Positions 13,098 through 23,883 of a stretch of 64,000 nucleotides of DNA are shown here, piece by piece. Made by a program: the position numbers and the translations under genes. This DNA comes from Malacoraja senta. Taxonomy: Eukaryota. How positions within the stretch are numbered: the stretch's first letter is position 1; every line of letters begins with the position of its first letter. The DNA lies in assembly GCA_038087875.1 (NCBI GenBank), contig CM075995.1:8744001-8808000 (forward strand), in the 5' to 3' direction. The notes beneath the pieces are model-generated. The model was not told the origin of the DNA. It searched no databases and saw only the letters and a program-made list of their open reading frames with translations.

Positions 13098-13764
13098 AGG
13101 GCCTGTCCCACCATACGAGGTAATTGAAGAGTTCTCCCTGATTCGAGCTCGTCAAGGACTGCTCTCACCCCAACCACAGACTGTTACCCTCCTCCCATCC
13201 GGGAGGCTCTACAGGTCTCTCCTGTTGCCGAACCAGCAGGTACAGGAACAGCTTCTTCCTGCGGCTGTTACACTACTGAACTCTGCACCTTGGTGATTGC
13301 CAGTCACCCCCCCACCCACCCCCCACCCCCCTCCTTCCCCAGAAAAATCGCACTACTGATACGCTGTACATATATATATTTTACTGCTCATTATTCCTAA
13401 GTTCGCTTTCTGGGTGAGATGCTAACTGCATTTCGTTGTTTCTGTACTGTACACTGCACAGTGACAATTACAGATTGCATTGAATTGAATTGTAATGTCC
13501 ATAGCGGGTACGTAGGAGCTCGTGGATGTCACGTAGCGGCTCGTACGAGTAACGGTAGGTACTCGGGAAATCCGGTAAACTCGTGACGTTTTTTTCAACA
13601 CTGTGAAAAATGTCCACGAGTAAAAAAAATACTCTTGATGAAATTTTTTAAAAACTTTTTACTCGTACGAGCTCCCTACGGACCCCTAGGTACATACACA
13701 AGCTCAAATCAGGGGAGAACTCGGGAGGACTCTTGAATTACCTCGTACAGTGGGACAGGGCCCT
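13098..13764. mobile_element. PIF/Harbinger-like MITE with a nested Rex/Babar-type 3' fragment
   Basis: TAA|AGGGCCTGTCCCAC...GTGGGACAGGGCCCT|TAA with subterminal inverted repeats. Internal ~13155-13490 resembles a LINE 3' end. Confidence 0.7.
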
Positions 13765-13871
13765 TAAGGCTGGAGGCTGTGGAGGGCAGACAGCTGGAAG
13801 TGATACAATCAGAGATAATGGCTCATCTGTGGGGTCGTCGTCCAGTGGTGAGGAGTCTGAGAGCTCGACTC

Positions 13872-14190
13872 AAAACGTCACCTATCCCTGTTCTCCATAG
13901 ATGCTGCCTGACCGCTGAGTTACTCCAGCACTCTGTGAACGTCACCTATCCATGTTCTCCACAGATGCTGCCTGACCCGCTGAGTTACTCCAGCACTCTG
14001 TGAAACGTCACCTATCCATGTTCTCCACAGATGCTGCCTGACCCGCTGAGTTACTCCAGCACTGTGTGAAACGTCACCTATCCATGTTCTCCACAGATGC
14101 TGCCTGACCCGCTGAGTTACTCCAGCACTCTGTGAAACGTCACCTATCCATGTTCTCCACAGATGCTGCCTGACCCGCTGAGTTACTCTG
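13872..14190 (-). repeat. 66-bp minisatellite array (reverse), ~4.7 units
   Basis: Source of the repetitive ORF 13920..14288 (22-aa period). Confidence 0.95.
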
Positions 14191-15754
14191 GCACAGTGTA
14201 CTTCTGTGCTTTGTAAGCTATACGGAACCACACTATAAATGATAAGGTAGACCAAAATGCTGGAGAAACTCAGCCGGTGCAGCAGCATCTATGGAGCGAA
14301 GGAAATAGGCAACGTTTCGGCCCCGAAACCCTTCCGGGTTTCGGCCCGAAACGTTGCCTATTTCCTTCAGGGTTTCGGCCCGAAAGTTGCCCATTTCCTT
14401 CGCTCCACAGATGCTGCCTGACCCGCTGAGTTACTCCAGCACTTTGTGAAACGTCACCTATCCATGTTCTCCACAGATGCTGCCTGACCCGCTGAGTTAC
14501 TCCAGCACTCTGTGTCTATCTGCAGTACCACCTACACAAAACTGTATGGCTACCTGGAATTGGTCATGAGAGCCAATATTAATTTTGGCTCTCACAAAAT
14601 CATGAGCGGAATAGATAGGGTAGAGGCACAAATGATCTTGCCCAAGGAGGGGAATCGAGGACCAAGAACCAAGAGCTTAAAGTGAGGGGATAAAGACTTA
14701 AATGATACTGAGGGGTAACTTTTTCACACAAAGGGTGGGGAGTTTGGAACAAGCTGCCAGAGGAGGTAGTTGAGCCTGGTGCTATCGTAATGTTTAAGAA
14801 ACATTTAGACAGGTACATGGATAGGACAGGTTTAGAGGGACATAGGCCAAATGCAGGCAGATGGGACTAGAATAGAATGGACATGATGGGCCGAAGGGCC
14901 TGTTTCCACGCTGTAAGACTCTATAGATTACAAAAAGCTGGAGTAACTCAGCGGGACAGGCAGCATAGATCTCTGGAGAGAAGGAAATGGGTGACAGTTT
15001 CGGGTCGAGACCCTTCTTCAGACTGAGAGCCGGGGTGGGGGTGGGGGGGGGAGGGGGAGATATATGTGGAAGGTGTGTAACCCATTTAACCCCAAACTGA
15101 AGATAGACACATAAGACAGGAGTGACTCGGGGGGACAGGCAGCATCTCTGGACAGAAGGAAGGGTTTCAAACACAATCAGCAAATCTGTCTACACATTTA
15201 TCTTCTCCAAAACTCTCACTTGTTAATGATGAATATTGAAACATATAAGATTGTTAAAGGGCTTGGACACGCTAGAGGCAGGAAACATGTTCCCCATGTT
15301 GGGGAGTCCAGAACCAGGGCCACACACAGTTTAAGAATAAGGGGTGAACCATTTAGAACGGAGACGAGGAAACACTTTTTCTCACAGAGAGTGGCCGAGT
15401 CTGTGGAATTCTCTGCCTCAGAGGCAGGGTTCTCTGGATGCTTTCAAGATGAGAGCTAGATGGGGCTCTTGAAGATAGGATATGGGGAGAAGGCAGGAAC
15501 GGGGTACTGATTGGGGATGACGGGGTGGGGGTTTGCAACCTTGACGTGGTCCGCCCTGTTTCGACGCATGCACTCAACCTGGCGTGCACAAATCAAATAC
15601 AACAAGTTGTCCTACCACTTTAGGAGGCAGGAACGGGGTACTGATTGGGGATGAATCAGCCATGATCACATTGAATGGCGGTGCTGGCTCGAAGGGCCGA
15701 ATGGCCTACTCCTGCACCTATTGCCTATTATTATTATTAATATGATTATTATTA

Positions 15755-16750
15755 TAATGCAAACCAGATTAGGGTGCTTGCTACATATATCTGGCTGGAA
15801 TGGTGAGTGGATTCTTCTGGGCATCCACTTTGTCCACTTGACCCACCAACAACAAAAAACCCTGCTTTCCTGCAGGAAGCTGGGATAAGTCTTAGAAAGG
15901 AAATACCACACGGCAGTGAGAGAGAGAGAGAGAGAGACAATCCCCTGCTCCTGACCCATGCATGCCCTTGGTTACAATAAGTAGAATGAAAGGGGGGTAA
16001 AAAAAAAAACAGAAAAGTGTTCCTTATGCAGCAGAGCAGAGCCTCCAAATTGTTACACCACACCAACCCCTCTCTCTCCCCCCTTCTCTCTCTCATCCAA
16101 CACACACTCACACAAATGATTTTGTAATCCCATCATCAAAGTAATTTTTTTTTTTAAACAAAACCCCTACCTCGGTGAAAAAGTTGTCCATTGTTTGAGG
16201 TGAACTCAGCCAGGGTTGAGAAGTTTACTTTGCAGAAAGCCAAGGGGAAGGAGTTGATATTATTCGGCTTCTCGAGTTTCACAAAAAGTTCACTCCTCGT
16301 TCCCACCGCTTTCTGGAGACGGACACCACACACATTTCACACCAGCTTTCCCTTTGTTCTGGGATTTCCTTAAAATCGGCCAGGACTGCCTTTTATTCAT
16401 GGCAACGCGTCCATAATCGCTCCTTGGAGGGAGGGAGAGGGAGAATCAGCTCCAGTCTCACTCACTCACTCACTCACACCACACACAGTGAGCGTCTACT
16501 TCTGTTAAGACATTGTCTCGGCCCATCCACACTCACTGGAAATGCGTCTGTGACCCGAATCCAACGAAGGAACAGCATTCCCTGTGACTAATGAAACTCC
16601 CACCCCACTCCCTGCAGCCCAACCCCCCCCCACCCCACACCAAGTCAACCTTTAAAGGAAAATGGTTCCTTGTTACTTGCCCGAGGTTTGAATGTAAACT
16701 GTGGCCAATGTTTCAACTTTGTGGACACCTTGTTCAATCACCTTCTTTGC
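15755..16750 (-). promoter_or_regulatory. TE-free island around MYO10 exon 1: putative promoter, 5' UTR and proximal intron 1
   Basis: About 1 kb with no recognisable interspersed repeat in an otherwise saturated window. Contains (GA)n, (TCAC)n and (CA)n tracts and a CATGGCAAC RFX-like half site at 16398-16406. Confidence 0.55.
16171..16191 (-). CDS. MYO10: Unconventional myosin-X, first coding exon (MDNFFTE); gene continues leftward beyond the window
   Basis: Minus strand reads CCTCAAACA-ATG GAC AAC TTT TTC ACC GAG|GTAGGG: strong Kozak context (A at -3, G at +4), phase-0 GT donor. The 7 aa are identical to the recalled human MYO10 N-terminus MDNFFTE(G), which is also a 21-nt first coding exon. 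It lies in a ~1 kb TE-free island, and RETREG1 (the human neighbour) is in the same window. Exon 2 was not found in 1-16170. Confidence 0.82.
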
Positions 16751-16976
16751 CTTTCTTGACGTCCTCTGAGTGAGGGCTGTATGTATGTATTTATGTATGT
16801 ACTTAATCTATGAACCACTGTTGTATAACGTTAGTATCTCCACCCAATGTAAAGCACTTTGGCCAACGAGAGTTGTATTTTAAATGTGCTATAGAAATAA
16901 AAGTGACTTGACTTGACTTGTGTAAACTCTGGCGTCTCGGCCACTGCTGCTGAACGCTTGGAAGCGTGGGCAGTTG

Positions 16977-17311
16977 AAGCCCTGTCCCACGGTGCGAGTT
17001 CATTCCAAGAGCTCTCCCCAGTTTAAAAAAAAATCAAACTCGTGGTAAGCACGGAGAATGAACGTAGCGGGTACGTCGGAGCTCGGGGACGTCTCTTAGC
17101 GGCTCATAACGCTAACGGCAGGTACTCGGGAAGACTCGCTCACGGCAGGTAAGCTCGGGAAGACTCGTGAAGATTTTATCAACACGATGAAAAATGTCCA
17201 CGAGAGCCCCGAGTACCCGACCAGTGGCCATTTACCGTAAATCTCCCGAGTTGGAATCAGGGCAAACTCGGGAGAGCTCTTGGAATGAACTCGTACCGTG
17301 GGACAGGGTTT
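16977..17311. mobile_element. PIF/Harbinger-like MITE
   Basis: ~40-bp TIRs CCCTGTCCCACGGTGCGAGTTCATTCCAAGAGCTCTCCC / GGGAGAGCTCTTGGAATGAACTCGTACCGTGGGACAGGG. Confidence 0.75.
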
Positions 17312-18199
17312 TACACTCTTGCAATCTAACTTCAGGGACAGCTTGCTTAAGAAGGAACTGCAGATGCTGCAAATCAAAGGTGGACAAAAATGCTGGAGAA
17401 CTCAGCGGGTGAGGCAGCATCTGTGGAGAGAAGGAAATAGGCGACGGTAAACACCTTCACTCCACAGATGCTGCCTCACCCGCTGAGTTCTCAGCAGTTT
17501 TTGTCTACCTTCTTATTTATTATTTCCAGCATCTGCAGTCTTCTGACGAAGAGTACTTTTACTTCGAGCCAAGAGTAGTTTTGTTATCAAAATGTCCCGA
17601 AGCAGAAGAAAGAAATTCTTGCTGAAGATTCAAGACACAAATAGCTGGAGTAACTGAGTGGGGGGGGGGGGGACAGCAGCACCTCTGGAGAAAGGAATAG
17701 ACCATGGATCAATAGACAATAGGTGCAGGAGTAGGGCCATTCGGCCCTTCCAGCTAGCACCGCCATTCAATGTGATCATGGCTGATCATCCCCAATCAGT
17801 ACCCCGTTCCTGCCTTCACCCCATATCCCCTGACTCCGCTATCTTTCAGAGCCCTATCTAGCTCTCTCTTGAAAGCATCCAGAGAACCTGCCTCCACTGC
17901 CCTCTGAGGCAGAGAATTCCACAGACTCACCACTCTCTGTGAGATAAAGTGTTTCTCCGTCTCCGTTCTATCAGTCTGAAGAATGGTCTCGACCCGAAAT
18001 GTCACCCATTCTTTTTGTCCAGAGATGCTGTCTGACCACTGAGTTACTCCAGCTACTTGCTCCGTCTTTGGTTGAAACCAGCATCTGCGTTCCTGCCCAC
18101 ACAAAGAACTCTTACCTGCAGCAGCGCGGCAGATATGTACTGTAAACATAGCACTCTGACATCACCGTGACAACAAGAAGAAAAAAGAAGCTCAATATA

Positions 18200-18897
18200 T
18201 AGTGGTAGGAGTTGCAGCCTCACAGTGCCAGAGACCAGGGTTCGATCCTGACTCGGGTGCTGTCTGTACCAGGAGTTTGTACGTTCTCCCCGTGACCTGC
18301 GTGGGTTTTTTCTCCGGGTGCTCTGGTCTCCCTCCCAATTCCGAATTCGTACAGTTTTGTAGGTCATTAAATTGGCTTCAGTAATGAACTGTAAATCGTC
18401 CCCAGTGTGTAGGATAGTGCCAGTGCACGGGGTGATCGCTGGTCGGCGCGGACTTACAAACATAGCAATAGGTGCAGGAGGAGGCCATTCGGCCCTTCGA
18501 GCCAGCACCGCCATTCATTGTGATCACGGCTGATCGTCCCCAATCAACAACCCGTGCCTGCCTTCTCCCATATCCCCTGATTCCACTAGCCCCTAGAGCT
18601 CTATCTGACTCTCTCTTGATGGGCTTAGACAATAGACAATAGGTGCAGGAGTAGGCCATTCGGCCCTTCGAGCCAACACCGCCATTCAATGTGATCATGG
18701 CTGATCAGCCACAATCAGCACCCCATTCCTGCCTTCTCCCCATATCCCCTGACAGCTGTTTTTAAGAGCCCTATCTAGCTCTCTCTTGAAAGCATCCAGA
18801 GACCAGCCTCCACCGCCCTCTGAGGCAGAGAATTCCACAGATGGGCTTTCGGCTTGATGGGCCGAAGGGCCTGCTTCCGCGCTGTATCTCTAAAGTC
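18200..18897 (+). mobile_element. tRNA-derived HE1/V-SINE-type SINE interrupted by two antisense CR1 tails
   Basis: tRNA-like head with GGTTCGATCC B-box, central GGGTTTT..CCGGGTGCTCTGGT..CCTCCC body, tail GGGCCGAAGGGCCTG..TGTATCTCTAAA. Confidence 0.75.
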
Positions 18898-19424
18898 TAT
18901 ATTCTAAAGCCTCTTGTCGATCACTCCAATGACGGGGAGGTCAGTACCCAGGATGGAATGGGCGACGTTCAACACTTTAAAAAAAAAATCATTCAGCATT
19001 AGATTTCCAGAAAAAATAATCAGGTCAGGAGCATTTAATTTTCATATGTACTGTAAACTGGGCAGCGAGATTCTTACTTGTAGCAACAGAACTTCTCTGT
19101 AAACACAGTACTCAGATAACACAATAAACAAGGCAAAGTTCAAGACATGAAAAAACAAAAATAGGACACATAGGGCAAAGCAGATGCTGCCTGATCCACT
19201 GAGTTCCAATAGACAATAGGTGCAGGAGTAGGCCATTTGGCCTTCGAGCCAGCACTACCATTCGATGTGATCATGGCTGATCACTCCAGGACTGTCTCTA
19301 TCTTTGGTGTCAACCAGCATCTGCAGTTCTTTGTTTATTACATTCCCCCTCACTGTATCCACCTATCACTCGCCAAGCTCTGTCCCACCCCCAACTCTAT
19401 TTGAGCTTTCTTTCCCCCTACATC

Positions 19425-19692
19425 AGTCTGAGACAGGGTCCCGATCTGAAACGTCACCTGTCCACATTCTCTAGAGATGCTGCCTGACCCGCCTGAGTTA
19501 CTCCAGCACTCTGTGAAACGTCACCTATCCATGTTCTCCACAGATGCTGCCTGACCCGCTGAGTTACTCCAGCACTCTGTGAAACGTCACCTTCCATGTT
19601 CTCCACAGATGCTGCCTGACCCGCTGAGTTACTCCAGCACTCTGTGAAACGTCACCTATCCACGTTCTCCACAGATGCCGCCTGACCCCGCT
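19425..19692 (-). repeat. Degenerate hammerhead-bearing Penelope end followed by 66-bp units
   Basis: CTGAGACAGGGTCCCGATCTGAAACGTC followed by about three further GAAACGTC-initiated units. Confidence 0.85.
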
Positions 19693-19707
19693 GTTTTAAG
19701 CAAAAGA

Positions 19708-20198
19708 CTTGAAAGGGCGCAGAGAAGATTTACCAGGATGTTGCCAGGACTCGAGGGCCTGAGCTATAGGGAGAGATCGAGTAGGTTGGGTCTCTATTCC
19801 ATGGAGCGCAGGAGGATGAGGGGTGATCTTACAGAGATGTATAAAATCATGAAAGGAATAGATCGGGTAGATGCACAAAGTCTCTTGCCCAGAGTAGGGG
19901 AATCGAGGACCAGAGGATATAGGTTTATAGTGAGCGGCGTAACATTTAATAGGAGCCTGAGGGGGAACTATTTCACACAGAGGGTGGAGGGTGTATGGAA
20001 TGAGCTGCTGGAGGAGGTAGTTGAGGCTGGGACTATCATAACATTTAAGAAGCAATTAGACAGGTACATGGGTGGGACAAGTTTAGAGGAATATGGGCCA
20101 AGCGCAGGCAGATGGGACCAGTGTAGATGTGATACGTTGACCGGTGTGGACAAGTTGGGCCGAAGGGCCTGTTTCCACGCTGTATCACTCTATGACTG
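19708..20198 (+). mobile_element. CR1 LINE 3' fragment (CTATGACT-tail subfamily)
   Basis: LERAQRRFTRMLPGLEGLSYRER..RRRMRGDL..WNELLEEVVEAGT. Confidence 0.9.
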
Positions 20199-20421
20199 AG
20201 TGGGTTTAACACTGTCACCGTGTGTATTGTTCCTTGTTCCTGCAGGGTCCATGGTCTGCCAGACCGCTTGCTCCCAGCTCCTGACCAGATGTCGAGGGGA
20301 TTATCACCCATCTGCAAAAACACACCTGACATATAATCCTCCTGGCCAAGGTCCAGGGCTCGGCAACGAAGGCGGGAGGCAGTGAGGTTTAAAAGGAAAT
20401 TGGAGAAGTATTTGTAAAGGC

Positions 20422-20790
20422 ACAGAGTGCTGGAGTAACTCAGCGGTCAGGCAGCATCTGTGGAGAACATGGATAGGTGACGTTTCACAGAGTGCTGGAG
20501 TAACTCAGCGGGTCAGCAGCATCTGTGGAGAACATGGATAGGTGACGTTTCACAGAGTGCTGGAGTAACTCAGCGGGTCAGGCAGCATCTGTGGAGAACA
20601 TGGATAGGTGACGTTTCACAGAGTGCTGGAGTAACTCAGCGGGTCAGGCAGCATCTGTGGAGAACATGGATAGGTGACGTTTCACAGAGTGCTGGAGTAA
20701 CTCAGCGGGTCAGGCAGCATCTGTGGAGAACATGGATAGATGACGTTTCACAGAGTGCTGGAGTAACTCAGCGGGTCAGGCAGCATCTGT
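20422..20790 (+). repeat. 66-bp minisatellite array, ~5.5 units
   Basis: Same unit; adjoins an antisense hammerhead-like core at ~20807-20834. Confidence 0.95.
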
Positions 20791-21526
20791 GATGGAAGGA
20801 ATGGGTGACGTTTTGGGTCGAGATCCTTCTTCAGACTGAGAGTCATGGGAGAGGGAAACGAGAGATATGGAAAGGTAAGGTGTGAAAACGAGACATCAAT
20901 GAAGATGGCTCATGGAAAATGTAGATTGGATCATTCTTCCTTGACCCGCTTCTCCTTTGATGTCTCGTTATCACACCTTACCCTTCCATATCTCTGTGTC
21001 TCTCTCTCTCTCCCCTGACTCTCAGTCTGAAGAAGGCCTCTCGACCCGAAACGTCGCTCATTCCTTCTCTCCAGAGATGCTGCCTGTCCCGCTGAGTTAC
21101 TCCAGCAGTTTGTGTCTATCTTTGGTGTAAACCAGCATCTGCAGTTCATTCCTACAAAGGACTGGTTTGACATATTTCGGTTAGTTTCGTTTAGTTAGAT
21201 GCGGTGATGGGAAGCGAGGGTAAAGATATTCAGTTCAGTTTATTGTCACGTGTACCTGAGGTACAGTGAAAAGCTTTTGTTGCTGTGCTAACCAGTCAGC
21301 GGGAAGACAATACATGATTACAATTAAGCCGTCCACAGTGTACAGATACACGATAAAGGGAATAACGTAGTTACAGTAAGAAATGTTGCTGCAGGAGTAG
21401 AGATTTAAGAGTGTGGAGGGATTGTAATGTGCGATTGTAGATCTGCTTCTGTGGCCAGCACGCAGATAGTCGCCTGGGTTGGCCACCATCTTAGAGATAC
21501 AGCATGGAAATAGGAATTAGGCAGAT

Positions 21527-22292
21527 GACTATCTAAATGGCGTCAAGTTGGGAAAAGCGGAAGTACAACGGGATCTGGGGGGCCCTTGTACATCAGTCTA
21601 TGAAAGTAAGCATGCAGGTACAGCAGGCAGTGAAGAAAGTGAATGGTATGTTGGCCTTCATAACAAGAGGAGTTGAGTATAGGAGCAAAGAGGTCGTTCT
21701 GCAGTTGTACAGGGCCCTAGTGAGACCACACCTGGAGTATTGTGTGCAGTTTTGGTCCCCTAATTTGAGGAAGGACATTCTTGCTATTGAGGAAGTGCAG
21801 CGTAGGTTTACAAGTTTAATTCCCGGGATGGCGGGACTGTCATATGCTGAGAGAATGGGAGCGGCTGGGCTTGTACACTCTGGAGTTTAGAAGGATGAGA
21901 GGGTATCTCATTGAAACATATAAGATTGTTAAGGGTTTGGACACGCTAGAGGCAGGAAACATGTTCCCGATGTTGGGGGAATCCAGAACCAGGGGCCACA
22001 GTTTGAGAATAAGGAGTAAGCCATTTAGAACGGAGACAAGGAAACACTTTTTCTCACAGAGAGTTGTCAGTCTGTGCAATTCTCTGCCTCAGAGGGCAGT
22101 GGAGGCCGGTTCTCTGGATACTTTCAAGAGAGAGCTAGATAGGGCTCTTAAAAATAGCGGAGTCAGGGGATATGGGGAGAAGGCAGGAACGGGGTACTGA
22201 TTGGGGATGATCAGCCATGATCACATTGAATGGCGGTGCTGGCTCAAAGGGCCGAATGGCCTACTCCTGCACCTATTGTCTATTGTCTATTG
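21527..22292 (+). mobile_element. CR1 LINE 3' fragment, (ATTGTCT)n tail
   Basis: LYRALVRPHLEYCVQFWSP..RRFT..WNSLPQ-type CR1 ORF2 C-terminus with a frameshift. Confidence 0.92.
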
Positions 22293-22474
22293 CCCTTCGG
22301 CCAATCGAGTTCCCGCTGACCAGCGATCCCCCCCGTACACTAGCACCATCCCACATCCTGTACTAGGGACAATTTTACAATTTTTAACAAAGCCAATTAA
22401 CCTACAAACCTGTACTTCTTTGGAAACCGGAGCACCTGGAGAAAACCCACGTGGTCACAGGGAGAACGTACAAA

Positions 22475-22960
22475 CGGTCGGAGAATAGCTCCGACTGCCG
22501 GCCCGTGGCCTACATCTACCGAGGGCGCGGCGGGGACTTACCATCAGGAGCGGGGTCCCTCGCCGGGGACCACTGGAGAGGAGCTCCGAGCACCCGCCCT
22601 GCGGTGCTTCTGGGATGTGGGAGGACCTTTAAATCTTCGACCGCCGGCCTGCGGCCTACACCAACCTGAAGCCGCGGTCTCCGGTGGGGAGGCACCGATT
22701 CAGGACTTACCTGGACTTACCTTGTCTGAACATCTGGACGCCCGCAGCGACGGCTGCGGAGGGTGTAGGTCCCGACCACAGGGGAAAATGGAGGAGGACT
22801 GGCCAAACGTTGTGCCTTCCACCACAGTGATGAATGCTGTGGTGGATGTTTGTATTACATTTTTATTGTGTATTGTGTGTTCTTTATTATTGTACCGCTG
22901 CTGGCAAATTCATTTCACTGCACCTTATGTGCAATGTGACGAATAAAACCTGACTTGACT
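22475..22960 (+). mobile_element. GC-rich short non-autonomous retroelement with Rex/Babar-like tail, nested in a SINE
   Basis: Ends ATTTCACTGCACC..GTGACGAATAAAACCTGACTTGACT and splits an antisense SINE (22295-22475 / 22960-23045). Confidence 0.55.
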
Positions 22961-23514
22961 CCGCACAGACAGTACCCATAGTCAGGATGGAACCCGGGTC
23001 CCTGGCACTGCGAGGCAGTGACTCTACCGCTGCGTCACCCTGCCGACCACTTGTGGGAGGGTGAATGGGTTGTACATCCAACCTCTATTTCTTATTAAAT
23101 CTGGTGCGAGTTTAAACAAGCCCTGCTTTATAGTGTAGGGGTTATTCAAACTGAGATCATCGGTCATCATAATATTACAAATCGCAATCAATCATCCTTC
23201 ATGCTGTTTCACGTATAACAATATGCATCACATACAAATACCTGCACGGGAAGGTAGACGCTCCCGCCCCCAAGAGTCGCGGGCAGATGGGGCAATAGAC
23301 AATAGACAATAGGTGCAGGAGTAGGCCATTTGGCCCTTCGAGCCAGCACCGCCATTCAATGTGATCATGGCTGATCGTCTCCTATCAATAACCCGTGCCT
23401 GCCTTCTCCCCATATCCCCTGACTCCGCTATCTTTAAGAGCCCTATCTAGCTCTCTCTTGAAAGCATCCAGAGAACCCGCCTCCGCCGCCCTCTGAGGCA
23501 GAGAATTCCACAGT

Positions 23515-23883
23515 GCTCGTCGGCCTGGGAAGGCAGTCCATCTAGGAGAGGGAAAACTGATTTAAAACCTCCACTGCCTTGTGGCCATATCCAGTCATGG
23601 AAAAGGCTCCAGGAGTAAACCTCAAGAAAAATCCGGAGTCGGAGCCCCTAAGGTAGTTCGTCGTTGTCTACAACCTCGCTCTGGCAGCTCCTGCGACGGC
23701 GCTGGTGCCAAACTGTAACGGCCCTGCTGTTCCTTTGGATCGATCGGCGACGTGGAGAGGGGGGGGGACGTGCTGCATGGGGCAACAGCCTGTCCTCCAT
23801 ATGACATCACCCAGGCTTGCATCCCACCAGGATGCATCACCCATGGTCAGTCATGACCGAGAGGGGCCTACAACTACCACTAC
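23515..23883 (+). mobile_element. Probable RTE-derived bipartite non-autonomous element
   Basis: GGGAAGGCAGTCCATCTAGGAGAGGGAAAACT..AAACCT resembles recalled RTE 5' UTRs. Ends in a small hairpin and a (C/T)AC-type tail. Confidence 0.4.

Noticed and set aside
20246..20350. Acceptor-like ttccttgttcctgcag followed by an open frame, as a missing RETREG1 exon
   Set aside because: No frame resembles RETREG exons 2-3, and the putative donor (gtccag) is poor.
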